This document shows, piece after piece, positions 38,104 through 48,090 of a stretch of DNA of 64,000 nt (the first letter of the stretch is position 1; the number at the start of each line of letters is the position of its first letter). The stretch comes from Candidatus Altiarchaeales archaeon (GTDB lineage Archaea; Altiarchaeota; Altiarchaeia; IMC4; SCGC-AAA252-I15). The notes under the pieces are model-generated. The model was not told where the DNA came from. It saw only the letters and a program-made list of their open reading frames with translations, and did no database searches. The translations under genes and the position numbers were made by a program. The stretch spans positions 1 through 64,000 of the forward strand of contig WJMO01000005.1 of the NCBI GenBank assembly GCA_014727915.1, read 5' to 3'.

Positions 38104-38987
38104 CTTCTCAGCTTCGCCGCGAAAAAACCGCCCGTGTCGTTCTCGTGGGGGTATATGCGCACGCTGTTCTCCACCTCTGGACCATAACGTTTGCCCTTCC
38201 ATTCCAATAGTCCGTTCCTGCTCTTGAACTCCCCGCCTATGCCCTCACATGACAGGCCATGTTTCCTAATCGCATGGTCTACTACTGCCTCGTTCTCCTC
38301 CGGGCTGAACGTGCAGGTGCTATAGACCAGCACACCATCCTTCTTCAGAAAGCTTGCTGCAACATCCATGAGCTTCCTCTGAACACCAGCGCACCTTCTC
38401 ACATTACCCTCGCTCCAGGACTTCAACGCTTCCGGGTTCTCACGCAGCTGCCCCAAGTTGCTGCAGGGAGCATCCAACAGGACCCTATCGAACCGCATTT
38501 TGCTCCTGAACCGGGCCCCGTCCACGTTCGACACAACCGTGTTAACGACGCCCATCCGGTTCAAGTTGAACCGCAGCGTCTTCAAACGCTGACTGTCCAA
38601 CTCATTGGCGACGATACAACCCTCATTCTTCATCATCGCAGCCATCTGCGTGGTCTTGCTGCCAGGCGCAGCCGTCAGGTCTAGCACGCAATCGCATTCA
38701 ACAGGGTCCAGGACCTCGGCTGCCAGCATGCTCGCGCTCTCCTGCACGTAAAGCAGTCCCTGGAAGTGTTCTATCGAGTCCCCAACCCGCGCCTCCGTGT
38801 AGAATCCCGTGTGCGACCAGGGCACGGGCTCAGAATCGAAAACACTCGTCACATCGTCTATGGACGCCTTCAACGTGTTCACACGGTATGAAGTCCGCGG
38901 GGGCCTGCTGCAGGCCTCCGCAAACTCATCGTATTCCCCCTCCAGTTGAAGCCTCAATCTAGCCTCTAATACCCCGGGTATTTGCAT
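38100..38987 (-). CDS. RsmB/NOL1/NOP2 RNA m5C methyltransferase
   Basis: RVNTLK, QE.ASM, AAPGSKTTQ, LLDAPCS, YSTCT, ENE. Confidence 0.95.
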   Translation of the reverse strand: MQIPGVLEARLRLQLEGEYDEFAEACSRPPRTSYRVNTLKASIDDVTSVFDSEPVPWSHTGFYTEARVGDSIEHFQGLLYVQESASMLAAEVLDPVECDCVLDLTAAPGSKTTQMAAMMKNEGCIVANELDSQRLKTLRFNLNRMGVVNTVVSNVDGARFRSKMRFDRVLLDAPCSNLGQLRENPEALKSWSEGNVRRCAGVQRKLMDVAASFLKKDGVLVYSTCTFSPEENEAVVDHAIRKHGLSCEGIGGEFKSRNGLLEWKGKRYGPEVENSVRIYPHENDTGGFFAAKLRR

Positions 38988-39054
38988 TTTTATTGTCGTA
39001 TGTGAGTATAGTTAAGCCATAATTTCATTAAATATTGTTTAGAGAGTTTTTAGG

Positions 39055-39474
39055 ATGGAATACAAGGTTGTTGTTTCGGACTCCAAGACAGGGAAATCCT
39101 ACAATGTGGAGTTAAAGGACCAGGAAGCCAAGAAAATCAAGGGCTTGAAGATATCAGACAGCTTAGAAGGCGCGGTGGTCGGCCTCCCAGGGTACAAGCT
39201 CGAAGTGACAGGCGGAAGCGACAAAGGAGGCTTCCCCATGAAGAAGGGAGTGCACGGGGCAACCGCGCAGAAGATACTCATGGGCAAGGGCACAGGCTAC
39301 AGGGCCAAGACCGGAGACCGGGCCAGGAGGCGCATACACGGCGAGGAAGTCGGAGACAATGTGGTCCAGGTAAACACCAAAATAATCGAATACGGCAGCA
39401 AACCAGTGGATGAACTTCTAGGAAAACCAGCCGAGGAACCCGGAGAAGAGGAGAAAACCGAGGGGGGTGCCTGA
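39055..39474 (+). CDS. rps6e: 30S ribosomal protein S6e
   Basis: [20 protein letters not shown]. Confidence 0.96.
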   Translation: MEYKVVVSDSKTGKSYNVELKDQEAKKIKGLKISDSLEGAVVGLPGYKLEVTGGSDKGGFPMKKGVHGATAQKILMGKGTGYRAKTGDRARRRIHGEEVGDNVVQVNTKIIEYGSKPVDELLGKPAEEPGEEEKTEGGA

Positions 39475-39479
39475 TTCCC

Positions 39480-40679
39480 ATGCAGTCAGAGGTCAACATC
39501 GGTTTGGTGGGCCACGTAGACCATGGTAAGACAACCCTGACCAAAGCCCTCTCCGGCCGGTGGACCGACACCCACAGCGAGGAAATACGCAGGGGAATCT
39601 CCATAAGGCTCGGCTACGCCGACATAGACCTTTACCGGTGCGAATCCTGCCCAGAGCCCGACTGCTTCACAACAGACAAGAAATGCGGCAAATGCGGGGG
39701 AGAAGCCAAGCTAATGCGCAGGGTGTCATTCGTCGACGCCCCAGGCCACGAGACCCTAATGGCCACCATGCTGTCCGGAGCCGCCATAATGGACGGCGCC
39801 CTTCTGGTTATCGCAGCCAACGAGAAATGCCCCCAACCCCAGACAGCCGAGCACCTCACAGCACTGGACAGCCTCGGAATAAAGAACATCGTCATCGCCC
39901 AGAACAAAGTCGACCTCGTGGAGAGCGACCGTGCCAAGGAGAACTTCAAGGAGATAAAAGAGTTCATAAAAGGCACTTCACTGGAAGACGCTCCCATCAT
40001 ACCCATCGCAGCACACTACGGAGTGAACATGGACATACTCATACAGGCCATGGAGGAGTTCATCCCCACGCCCGAACGCGACAAGAAGCTGCCTGCCCGC
40101 ATGTACGTGGCCCGCTCGTTCGACATCAACAAGCCAGGCGTCGACGTAACCGAACTTTCCGGAGGCATACTAGGCGGGTCCCTGACACAGGGGGAGATAA
40201 AGGTCGGCGACGAGATAGAACTGAGTCCCGGCGTGAAGAAGAAGAACACCTACCGGCCCATAACCACCAAGGTGGTCAGCTTGAGCGCCGGCGGGGAGGA
40301 AACTGATGCGGTCGACCCCGGAGGGCTGATAGCGATAGGCACCGAATTGGACCCCTCCCTGACCAAGTCAGACAACCTGTCCGGGAATGTCGTCGGCAAG
40401 CCCGGCACGCTGCCTCCAGTCAGGGAATCCCTCAAGCTCGATGTCAAACTACTCGACCGGCTGATAGGATTCGAAGAGGACATCAAGCCAATAGCGAAGG
40501 GAGAGCCGTTGATGCTCAGCTGCGGCAGCGCCGTCACCGTCGGCGTAGTCCAGAACCCCGGCAAGGGCGAGCTAGCATTGAAGCTCCCCGTCTGCGCAGA
40601 TGAAGGGGACAAGGTCGCCCTATCAAGGCGTGTGGGCGCCCGCTGGCACCTCATCGGATACGGAGTCATCAAAGACTAA
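39480..40679 (+). CDS. eif2g: Translation initiation factor 2 gamma subunit
   Basis: [18 protein letters not shown], Zn knuckle, [19 protein letters not shown]. Confidence 0.97.
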   Translation: MQSEVNIGLVGHVDHGKTTLTKALSGRWTDTHSEEIRRGISIRLGYADIDLYRCESCPEPDCFTTDKKCGKCGGEAKLMRRVSFVDAPGHETLMATMLSGAAIMDGALLVIAANEKCPQPQTAEHLTALDSLGIKNIVIAQNKVDLVESDRAKENFKEIKEFIKGTSLEDAPIIPIAAHYGVNMDILIQAMEEFIPTPERDKKLPARMYVARSFDINKPGVDVTELSGGILGGSLTQGEIKVGDEIELSPGVKKKNTYRPITTKVVSLSAGGEETDAVDPGGLIAIGTELDPSLTKSDNLSGNVVGKPGTLPPVRESLKLDVKLLDRLIGFEEDIKPIAKGEPLMLSCGSAVTVGVVQNPGKGELALKLPVCADEGDKVALSRRVGARWHLIGYGVIKD

Positions 40680-40680
40680 A

Positions 40681-41055
40681 ATGGATGTTGTCCTGGACAC
40701 CAACTTCCTGCTACTCCCCCATCAGATGGGCGTGGACATATTCTCGGAGATAACCAGGGTCGTGTCCGAGGAGCATCGGCTGATGACGCTATCCCCCGTA
40801 CTGGCGGAGCTCAACAACCTCATAGGGCCTTCAGGAGACGGGGTCGCAGCCAAGGTCGGGATGCAGCTGCTCCTGGAAAAGAAGGTCTTCGTAGTCGGAG
40901 TCCCAGAGGCCAATGCGGACGAAGCGATAGTAAACTACGCAAGTGACAACAAGGCGATAGTCTGCACCAACGACGGGGGTCTGAAGTCACGACTGAAGAA
41001 GAAGCGGGTCAAGGTACTATGCCTGAAGGGCAAGGACCACCTAGGATTCGCATAA
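40681..41055 (+). CDS. PIN-domain protein (Fcf1/Utp24-like)
   Basis: LDTNFL, V..EL, ADEAI, TND; conserved position after eif2g. Confidence 0.9.
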   Translation: MDVVLDTNFLLLPHQMGVDIFSEITRVVSEEHRLMTLSPVLAELNNLIGPSGDGVAAKVGMQLLLEKKVFVVGVPEANADEAIVNYASDNKAIVCTNDGGLKSRLKKKRVKVLCLKGKDHLGFA

Positions 41056-41074
41056 TATTCTTTAAGGACTCTTA

Positions 41075-41941
41075 CTATTCGTGCCTTATTATCGTGCTCT
41101 CCTTGTCTAACGGGTTATCAACGAATTTTTGCAGTGTCATCCTGCCCTCGGCCACTTCACCGAGGTTGGCCAGCACCGGCAGCAGGTTGTTGTTGTAGAA
41201 CTGCTGTTTACCCATTGCAGTAGACCGTGTGCTATGGCCCGCTTTGAGGGCTGCTTTACCAGCTGCTTGTATCAGCTCTGGCTGAGCCAGTCCTTCACCG
41301 GGCTCCTTCAATCCCAGACTGTCGGCCCTGTCCCATATCCTCCTGCCCTCAACCCTGGCGTCCTCTATGATCTGGCCCAATGTCTTGTCGCAGTCGAAGC
41401 ACTCCCTGAATCTCATGTTGTTTCTGACATGCTCTGGAACAACATCCGCAAGTTTCATATTTTCCAGACTAGTAATCTGGCCTGGGATATGATTCCCTAG
41501 AACCGGGCTGTCCCGGCCTTGCTGCTCCAATGGCACGACCCTCATCGGCGTGGGCGTCAACCTGATCTCTTGCTCTGCGGGTGCCTGCGCACCATTTTCC
41601 AGTGGCCTTCCCTCGCACGTGAACCTGAGCTCGCCCGTGCTCTGAGCCACCTGCTTCATTAAATCCCTGTCTCCCCGCTTTAAAGCTGCCGCCGCCCTCT
41701 CCAACGCCCCCCTAACCTCCTTCATGTCCTCGCTTCTGCCTGTGCTGTCCCGAATAGCCAACAGCGAACTATGGCCGATCTGAGCTGCTTTGTTCGCAAG
41801 TCCCTTGCCCCTTATCTGCATCAGCCCGGGGTGAAGTTCCCCTGATTCGGATGTTAGGTCAACTTCTATGGTCGTCCTGCCACGTTCGTCCACGTTCTTG
41901 CTGACGCCTCTTATGTGCCTACGCTCCAGGGTGACTGCCAT
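41075..41941 (-). CDS. Hypothetical protein, paralogous N-terminal domain family
   Basis: N-terminus LERRHIRGVSKNVDERGRTTIEVDL resembles the three upstream ORFs. Confidence 0.7.
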   Translation of the reverse strand: MAVTLERRHIRGVSKNVDERGRTTIEVDLTSESGELHPGLMQIRGKGLANKAAQIGHSSLLAIRDSTGRSEDMKEVRGALERAAAALKRGDRDLMKQVAQSTGELRFTCEGRPLENGAQAPAEQEIRLTPTPMRVVPLEQQGRDSPVLGNHIPGQITSLENMKLADVVPEHVRNNMRFRECFDCDKTLGQIIEDARVEGRRIWDRADSLGLKEPGEGLAQPELIQAAGKAALKAGHSTRSTAMGKQQFYNNNLLPVLANLGEVAEGRMTLQKFVDNPLDKESTIIRHE

Positions 41942-41985
41942 AAAAGCATATGGGAATCGATCAGTTAATAAATAGGGACTTACTC

Positions 41986-43458
41986 CTATCCTTGCCTGTG
42001 GGTGCTGCCCGTGCTCAGCTGCATTCTTGTGAATCCGTCCAATATGGCCTTCGCTCTCCCCTGGTAGTGCTCTCTGGTGCCCGGGGGCAGGGCTTGTGTC
42101 AGCTCTCCCGTGTATCCTGCGAAACTCTCAGGGCTCATCTGCACCGCAACGGTCAGGTCCGCTATGGTCGGGGGCCCCATAACAGTGGAATTCAAAGCCC
42201 TATCAGATGGCGTATTCCTCACTCTCTCGGACGCGTACTTCAACGCCCGGGCGAAACACAACTCACCCGGCTCGCTAGCCTGTATCGTGGGATTTCCCTG
42301 CGGATAGGCTTGTTTCGCCCTCTCGGCCTGGCCGCGGAGGCACTCTCCCCTAACCCATCCTGCGACCTGGTTGACGTAGCGGGCGGCGTTCATGTAGGCG
42401 CTCCTCGCGGTAGCAACCTGCTTTTCATCAGCGGTGGCAGACGTCCGCCTGGCCATCTGGTCCATTGCCACTTGGCTCAGGTGCTCGTCGAGGGTCAGAC
42501 CCCTGCGCTGGGCTGCCCGGGTCATCTCAGATATCCTCTGCCCTATGTAGAGCTTGACGGCATTCGGGTTCTCAAGCTGGGGGTTGGACTTCAGGAACTC
42601 CGCGTCGGAGGCTGGGAACTCCCTGCCACACGCCGCCTCGGCGATGCGCGCGCTCTGCCTCATGATCTGAGCCTGGCTTCCGGGGTTTTCCATGTCGCTT
42701 CCCCGGTTGGGACAGTTCTTCATGTCAACCGTTAGAACGCCGAGCTTCACATCCGACTCCGCGTTTGGAGCGGCTGGTATGTTCTGCTGTACTGCCCCAG
42801 CAGCTGGGACGCTGCCTGTGACCGGCGGGGCCTGGACTTCACGAGCCCGCGGGGGTGCTGGGGCAGCTGGAGGTGTCGGGGGATATCCTACTCTCTGAGG
42901 TGCGACCTGCTCTGGCATGGTCTGCGGGGGCAACACGACCGGCGGCTGTTTTGTCTGCCGGACTACCGGCGGCGGCTCGACCTCCCCCTCCCTATGCCCC
43001 GGTGCCGGCGGCGGCTTTGGAGACTGCCTGATTCCCGTCCTTGGAAGGGGCGGAGGCCTGATGTTTCTGGTGGAGGTCGCAGGCTGGTCTGATGTCACCT
43101 CCCTACCTTCTGATATGAAGCTGAAAGCGTAGCATTTGTCTACTGCAGACTTCCTCTCAGGGTTTATGACTCCTCCTGTTCTGAGGTCGGCGAGGGCGTC
43201 CCCGAAGAAGCTCTGGACCTTAAGCTGAGTGTCCAAGTCTGGGGTGTCGGTCTCCCCCTGGACTTTCTTTATTGCGGACAGTCCTCTCTGCCCCATTGCC
43301 TCGATCTGCTGGTGGGTGCTGCCCGGGGGAACGACCTCCTCGTTTCCCGGCCTCAGATGCACGTATAGTGTGAGCTTCTCCTGCCTGTCGTGGCCGTGGT
43401 CTCCGACTTGGGCTTTGACGCTCTCTATGTGCTCCTCCCTAATCTGTTTTACGGCCAC
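41986..43458 (-). CDS. Hypothetical protein, paralogous N-terminal domain plus Pro-rich linker
   Basis: IREEHIESVKAQVG..KLTLYVHL domain, Pro-rich linker, helical C-terminal domain; GTG start. Confidence 0.7.
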   Translation of the reverse strand: MAVKQIREEHIESVKAQVGDHGHDRQEKLTLYVHLRPGNEEVVPPGSTHQQIEAMGQRGLSAIKKVQGETDTPDLDTQLKVQSFFGDALADLRTGGVINPERKSAVDKCYAFSFISEGREVTSDQPATSTRNIRPPPLPRTGIRQSPKPPPAPGHREGEVEPPPVVRQTKQPPVVLPPQTMPEQVAPQRVGYPPTPPAAPAPPRAREVQAPPVTGSVPAAGAVQQNIPAAPNAESDVKLGVLTVDMKNCPNRGSDMENPGSQAQIMRQSARIAEAACGREFPASDAEFLKSNPQLENPNAVKLYIGQRISEMTRAAQRRGLTLDEHLSQVAMDQMARRTSATADEKQVATARSAYMNAARYVNQVAGWVRGECLRGQAERAKQAYPQGNPTIQASEPGELCFARALKYASERVRNTPSDRALNSTVMGPPTIADLTVAVQMSPESFAGYTGELTQALPPGTREHYQGRAKAILDGFTRMQLSTGSTHRQG

Positions 43459-43753
43459 CTTCAGATTCTCCAGTATGCTGTCTCTTTATATTCTCAAGCA
43501 GCTTGCTCTTCTCGTCGAGGTCGTGTATTATCTCCTCGTCCAGCCTAACCTTGATGTTCTCCACGTTCTTGGCGCCGAGCTTCTCCAACACCTCCGACGC
43601 GGGCTTGCCCGACAGCTTCCTGAGGAACTCAACGGTGTCCTCGTCCAGTTTTTCAGGGTCAACGTCGACTGTGATGTTCAGCTTGCCGGTCTCAGGGTCA
43701 GTGGACACCACAACCTCCCGGATACCCTCCTTCCTGATCTCAGGCTCCATCAC
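43439..43753 (-). CDS. Small hypothetical protein, paralogous domain family
   Basis: IRKEGIREVVVSTDPETGKLNITVDV. Confidence 0.6.
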   Translation of the reverse strand: MMEPEIRKEGIREVVVSTDPETGKLNITVDVDPEKLDEDTVEFLRKLSGKPASEVLEKLGAKNVENIKVRLDEEIIHDLDEKSKLLENIKRQHTGESEGGRKTD

Positions 43754-43816
43754 ATATATACATTAAAAGAGGGGGTTATTTAATGGAATCCCCACACCCA
43801 AGGGCACAGTCTCCCG

Positions 43817-46093
43817 TCACATATCTGCCTTCTCTGTCGTGGCTGCTTTCTCAGCAGATTCAGTTACTGGTTGCTCTGCTCCGCCGGTCAGGCTGGCTAG
43901 CGTGTGTGCCACCACCCTCTGATGGTCTTCCTGTTCCATGGACTTGAGCCGGTCCGCGCCGAGGGCGCTCTGGTACACCATCCCGGCAATCAGCCGCGGA
44001 TCGTCCTTGCCGGTCTTTTCATCCGGGCCGAGCTCCAAGTAGCCTAGCATCTGCTCGGCGCCGAGCCCCAGGGACCGAAGACGTCCTGATATCTCGGCTC
44101 CAATCTGCTCTTGTGTCGCGCCGGCTGGGATGGGATGGGCCAACCTGTCCAGCAACCTCTCACGCTCACCCCCAGCTCCTGATTCCCCTCTCATTCTCCC
44201 GCTTATCTGGGCGAACATCTTTCCGTGTTCCGGCTCCCCCATGGACTCCAGCCTTTCATGTCCAAGGGCCCGGGTGTAAACAGCCCTGGCTATCATCCTA
44301 GGGTCGTCTGCCGGGTATTCCCCTGGTTTGGTGCAGGCTTCGAACTCCTCCGGGGTTATGCCCACGGCCTTCATCCTGTCGGATATCTCTGCGGCGACCT
44401 GCTCCGGCGGGACGTCTGGTTTAACAGGGGATCTTATCCTCTGCTCGATGCTCTGTCTTTCCCCCTCACCCTGCTCGGGAGGCTTGTGTCCCATCTTGTG
44501 AAGTATGTCGTTCACCATTCTGGCGTGTTCTTCACCGGTCATCCTGCCCTCACCGCCTTCCCCTCCGTTGACCCGTTCAGCGCCTAGTGACTGGAGGTAT
44601 ATAGCGTGCGCCCTGTAAAGCGGGTCATCGGGTCTCATGTTCTCGTCTGGCGGGGTCTGAACTGCTTCCAGGAACCTCTCGGATGTTATCCCCCCACCCT
44701 GCAACCTCGACCCTATCTCCGCGGCAATCTCGTCATTGGACGTTCCGGCGGGTATGGTCTCGGCCATGACCCTCTCCCTCATCCTCTCATCCATGGCTGT
44801 GGAGGGCCCGGCATCCTGTCTTGGAGGGCTTGCACCATCCGATGTTTCCCCTGCTGATCGCATGCCCCCCACCATCGCCAGCTCGTCCTCTGATACTATG
44901 CTCCCCAGCTCCCCATCGGTCAGGGCGCTCTCCTTCCTCCTTGCGGCTGCCCTGAGCCTCACCTCCCTATGGGCCTTCTGGTGGGGTCCCAGCCTGAAGC
45001 CCCTACCAGTATTCGGCGTGTACTCGTAGGGTTCCTCTATGAATTCGTTGCCCACCCTGAAGGTGAGGCTGTAGCTCTGGTCCATGCCGTTACGGTCGCC
45101 TGTGAACTCCCCCGACTTGTTCTTCGTGCCGTCGACTGCCGCGTTCAGGAAGTTCTGCGCCTCCAACTGGGTTTGCAGCTCGAAACCATGCGCCTTCTTC
45201 CTTATGGATTCCAATGAAGCCGGCCCAAGTTCTTCAAGCCGGTCGCTTGTCGGCTCCGGCCTTGGAACCATAGACTCACAACCCTCCCCTAACGTGACAT
45301 ACAATTTGACACCGGTCGGTGTCTTCTCGGCTTTGACCTCCTCTATGTCATCCGGCCTAATCGCGTCCGGGCCCCTAACAAAATCCCCTGGCTCTCCCGC
45401 CATAGGGGCTGCTACTGGACTCTCTGTTTTCGCCGTATTCACATCCCCGGTTGCAGTAGGGTCCCCGCCTGGAACAGCCCGTCTCTCAGCGGTCGCATCC
45501 TGACCTTCCGCTGAAGTTCTTACCTGCTGGTCTACGTCGCGCCTATCCTGCCTTTCCGATGTTGGCGCATCAGAAGTTGGGGTGCCGGGTCCTGGTGCGG
45601 TCGTAGCCTCTGGGTTAGCCGCTGGCCTCGGCGTCTCTGATGTTGCAGGTGCCGCCCTCTCGCCCTTTTCTGGTGGCATGTCCGCTGATTTCCCCCTTCT
45701 CTCGCCTCCTTTCTGCGCGGGCTGGGGCATGTCTCCTTCCACGAACTCGATCGTCTTGCACCCCTGGTCTATCAGGCCTGCCGTGATAAACGACAGGTCT
45801 CCAGTATCTCTTATCTCGTTGCCTGCCAGGTCGAGGAACTCCGCCGCCCTCTGCCTCTCATGCAAGCTCCTGTCTTTTGGGGATGTTCGGGCGTGTATTG
45901 CACTCAGCGAGTCCGCGCCGAGGTGTTCGAACCTGTCTGCCGGCCCCAAACCCGCGAACTCAGGACCCGGAGGAATAACACCCGCCTTCGGGTCCAGGTG
46001 AACGCGGATTGCCAGCTTACCATCCTCTCCCACTTCAGTGCGCACGCCCTTGATGTCCTCAGGCCTCAGCTGCTGGATCCTCTTGGCCATCAT
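43817..46093 (-). CDS. Hypothetical repeat protein (2x domain A, 3x domain B)
   Basis: Two copies of the family domain and three ~80-aa AEIxxR...DDP..A..Y..ALG.ER repeats. Confidence 0.8.
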   Translation of the reverse strand: MMAKRIQQLRPEDIKGVRTEVGEDGKLAIRVHLDPKAGVIPPGPEFAGLGPADRFEHLGADSLSAIHARTSPKDRSLHERQRAAEFLDLAGNEIRDTGDLSFITAGLIDQGCKTIEFVEGDMPQPAQKGGERRGKSADMPPEKGERAAPATSETPRPAANPEATTAPGPGTPTSDAPTSERQDRRDVDQQVRTSAEGQDATAERRAVPGGDPTATGDVNTAKTESPVAAPMAGEPGDFVRGPDAIRPDDIEEVKAEKTPTGVKLYVTLGEGCESMVPRPEPTSDRLEELGPASLESIRKKAHGFELQTQLEAQNFLNAAVDGTKNKSGEFTGDRNGMDQSYSLTFRVGNEFIEEPYEYTPNTGRGFRLGPHQKAHREVRLRAAARRKESALTDGELGSIVSEDELAMVGGMRSAGETSDGASPPRQDAGPSTAMDERMRERVMAETIPAGTSNDEIAAEIGSRLQGGGITSERFLEAVQTPPDENMRPDDPLYRAHAIYLQSLGAERVNGGEGGEGRMTGEEHARMVNDILHKMGHKPPEQGEGERQSIEQRIRSPVKPDVPPEQVAAEISDRMKAVGITPEEFEACTKPGEYPADDPRMIARAVYTRALGHERLESMGEPEHGKMFAQISGRMRGESGAGGERERLLDRLAHPIPAGATQEQIGAEISGRLRSLGLGAEQMLGYLELGPDEKTGKDDPRLIAGMVYQSALGADRLKSMEQEDHQRVVAHTLASLTGGAEQPVTESAEKAATTEKADM

Positions 46094-46300
46094 AGAAAAC
46101 TGGGAAACACACCCCTAAATACCGCATATTCAAAATTATTCAAAGAATTTTCAAAATAATCCTGACTTTTCCCCCTATAGTTGTTGTTTGCTGCTTTTAT
46201 ACCCTATTGGCGTAATATTATAGGTTTCAGATGCACCTGAGTCTGCCATTGCACTGGCAGAATGCAGGGAAGTATGTGAAGATCTGGGTGTGCAAATAAA

Positions 46301-46927
46301 ATGTACAAGATAGTTACAGTTGAGGACACGGTCAGGGTCCCGCCGGCTAGGTTCAGCGAAGACCTGGAGACCGTGATAACGCAGGAACTGGAGAACATGG
46401 TAGTCGGCAGGATAGACAAGAGCCTTGGAGTGGTGCTGGCTGTCACAGGCATCGACGAAGTCGGCGACGGGAAGATCATACTAGGCGACGGCGCAGTATA
46501 CTACAGCGCAAGATTCAAGATACTAGTCTACGAGCCAATGGTCAACGAGGTAGTCGAGGGCGAGGTCACTGAGGTCACGGAATTCGGCGTGTTCGTCGGG
46601 TTCGGCCCCATCGACGGGCTCATACACGTGTCCCAGATAACCGAGGACTTCATGAGCTACGACCAGAAGAACAGCTCGTTCGTGGGCCGGGAATCAAACA
46701 AGATACTCAAGGTAGCGGATGTCGTACAGGCCAGGATAGTCACGGTGAGCATGAAGTCCCGGGCCACGGAGTCGAAGATCGGATTGACGATGAGGCAGCC
46801 CTACCTGGGCAAGCTGGAGTGGATAGAGGACGACCGGAAGAAGCTCGAGGAGAAGATAAAGGCCGAAGACAACAAGGAAAAGGAGAAGGAAAAGAAGAAG
46901 GGCGGCAAGAAGGAGGGTGATAAATGA
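46301..46927 (+). CDS. rpoE1: DNA-directed RNA polymerase subunit E' (Rpo7)
   Basis: VRVPP, GDGAVY, S1 domain FGPIDGLIHVSQI, IGLTMRQPYLGKLEW. Confidence 0.97.
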   Translation: MYKIVTVEDTVRVPPARFSEDLETVITQELENMVVGRIDKSLGVVLAVTGIDEVGDGKIILGDGAVYYSARFKILVYEPMVNEVVEGEVTEVTEFGVFVGFGPIDGLIHVSQITEDFMSYDQKNSSFVGRESNKILKVADVVQARIVTVSMKSRATESKIGLTMRQPYLGKLEWIEDDRKKLEEKIKAEDNKEKEKEKKKGGKKEGDK

Positions 46928-47100
46928 GGGCCTGCAAGTCATGCATGCGGTTGAGCGAGGAGGAGCGCTGTCCAGTCTGCGGCTCCAACACGAGCCAGTA
47001 CTGGAGCGGCTACTTCGCAGTATTGGATCCTGAGACCTCACAGATAGCGAAGAAGATGGGCATAAAGTCCCCCGGCCAGTACGCGCTCAAGGTGAGGTAG
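46924..47100 (+). CDS. spt4: Transcription elongation factor Spt4 (RpoE'')
   Basis: My translation: MRACKSCMRLSEEERCPVCGSNTSQYWSGYFAVLDPETSQIAKKMGIKSPGQYALKVR (58 aa, absent from the ORF track). Confidence 0.95.
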   Translation: MRACKSCMRLSEEERCPVCGSNTSQYWSGYFAVLDPETSQIAKKMGIKSPGQYALKVR

Positions 47101-47105
47101 ATTGC

Positions 47106-47594
47106 ATGGAGTTGACGCCCCGGCTCAGGGAAGAGCTGAAGAAGCCCCTCGGCGACGTAGTGACGGAAACATCCAAGATTCCCGTTGACGCGCCGCTCAT
47201 ATGCGTCGGTGACACCGCATCGGACACGATGCTCTCAGCGGGCTACAAGCCCAAGCTCCTAGTCTATGACGGCAGGACCGGAAGGCACGAGATCGGCGTG
47301 TCGGAGACGATAAGCTCATACGATGCCGTGGAGCGAACCGTCGCTAACCCGCCCGGAAAGCTTGAGGAAGGCGTTTTCGAGCTGTTCAGGGAGGTCTTGG
47401 ATGGCGGTGGGCCTGGCAGGGTCTACGTCGAAGGCGAGGAGGATTTGACCGCGCTCGCGGCCATAAGGGAGGCTGCAGTCGGTTCGGTGGTCGTCTACGG
47501 GCAGCCGGGCGAGGGCCTGGTAGTCGTGGACGTCAACGAGAAAACGAAAAATAGGGTTAACAAGATAATCGAGGATATGGAAGATGGAAGTTGA
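47106..47594 (+). CDS. GTP-dependent dephospho-CoA kinase (DUF359)
   Basis: LKKPLG, VGD, NPPG, VEGEEDL, YGQPGEG. Confidence 0.92.
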   Translation: MELTPRLREELKKPLGDVVTETSKIPVDAPLICVGDTASDTMLSAGYKPKLLVYDGRTGRHEIGVSETISSYDAVERTVANPPGKLEEGVFELFREVLDGGGPGRVYVEGEEDLTALAAIREAAVGSVVVYGQPGEGLVVVDVNEKTKNRVNKIIEDMEDGS

Positions 47595-48090
47595 TATGAT
47601 CGAGGACAAGGAGAACCCCCTCCTAAACAGGAGGGAGATACGGTTTAAGGTGTCCTACCAGGGTCCGACCCCTGCCAGGCAGGATGTGCGGAGCAAGATA
47701 ATTGCGATGCTGAACTTGGACAAGGAACTCACCCTGTTGGACAAGCTGGATCCTCAGCAGGGGTCCCAGGTTGCGCTTGGATACCTTAAGTCCTACGGTG
47801 ACAAGGCTGCGATGTCCATAGAGCCGGAGTACCTGTTGAAGAGGAACTTCGAGGTCAAGGAGGAGCCGAAGGAAGACGGTGGCTCGCCTCCCTCAGGTGA
47901 TGATGGGGGCAGCCCGGACGGAGAGGGCGAAAGCGGCGGTGACAAGGCCGCGGCTGAGGGCGGAGACGCTAAGTCTGAGAAGTCTGGGGCAGGCAAGCCG
48001 GATGAGAAGGCGGAGAAGGATGATGAGAAAGGCGAGGATAAGGCTAAGGCAGGCTCTGAAGACGAGACCGGCCCTAAGGAGGGTGAGTGA
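47584..48090 (+). CDS. rps24e: 30S ribosomal protein S24e with long acidic tail
   Basis: [22 protein letters not shown]. Confidence 0.93.
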   Translation: MEVDMIEDKENPLLNRREIRFKVSYQGPTPARQDVRSKIIAMLNLDKELTLLDKLDPQQGSQVALGYLKSYGDKAAMSIEPEYLLKRNFEVKEEPKEDGGSPPSGDDGGSPDGEGESGGDKAAAEGGDAKSEKSGAGKPDEKAEKDDEKGEDKAKAGSEDETGPKEGE

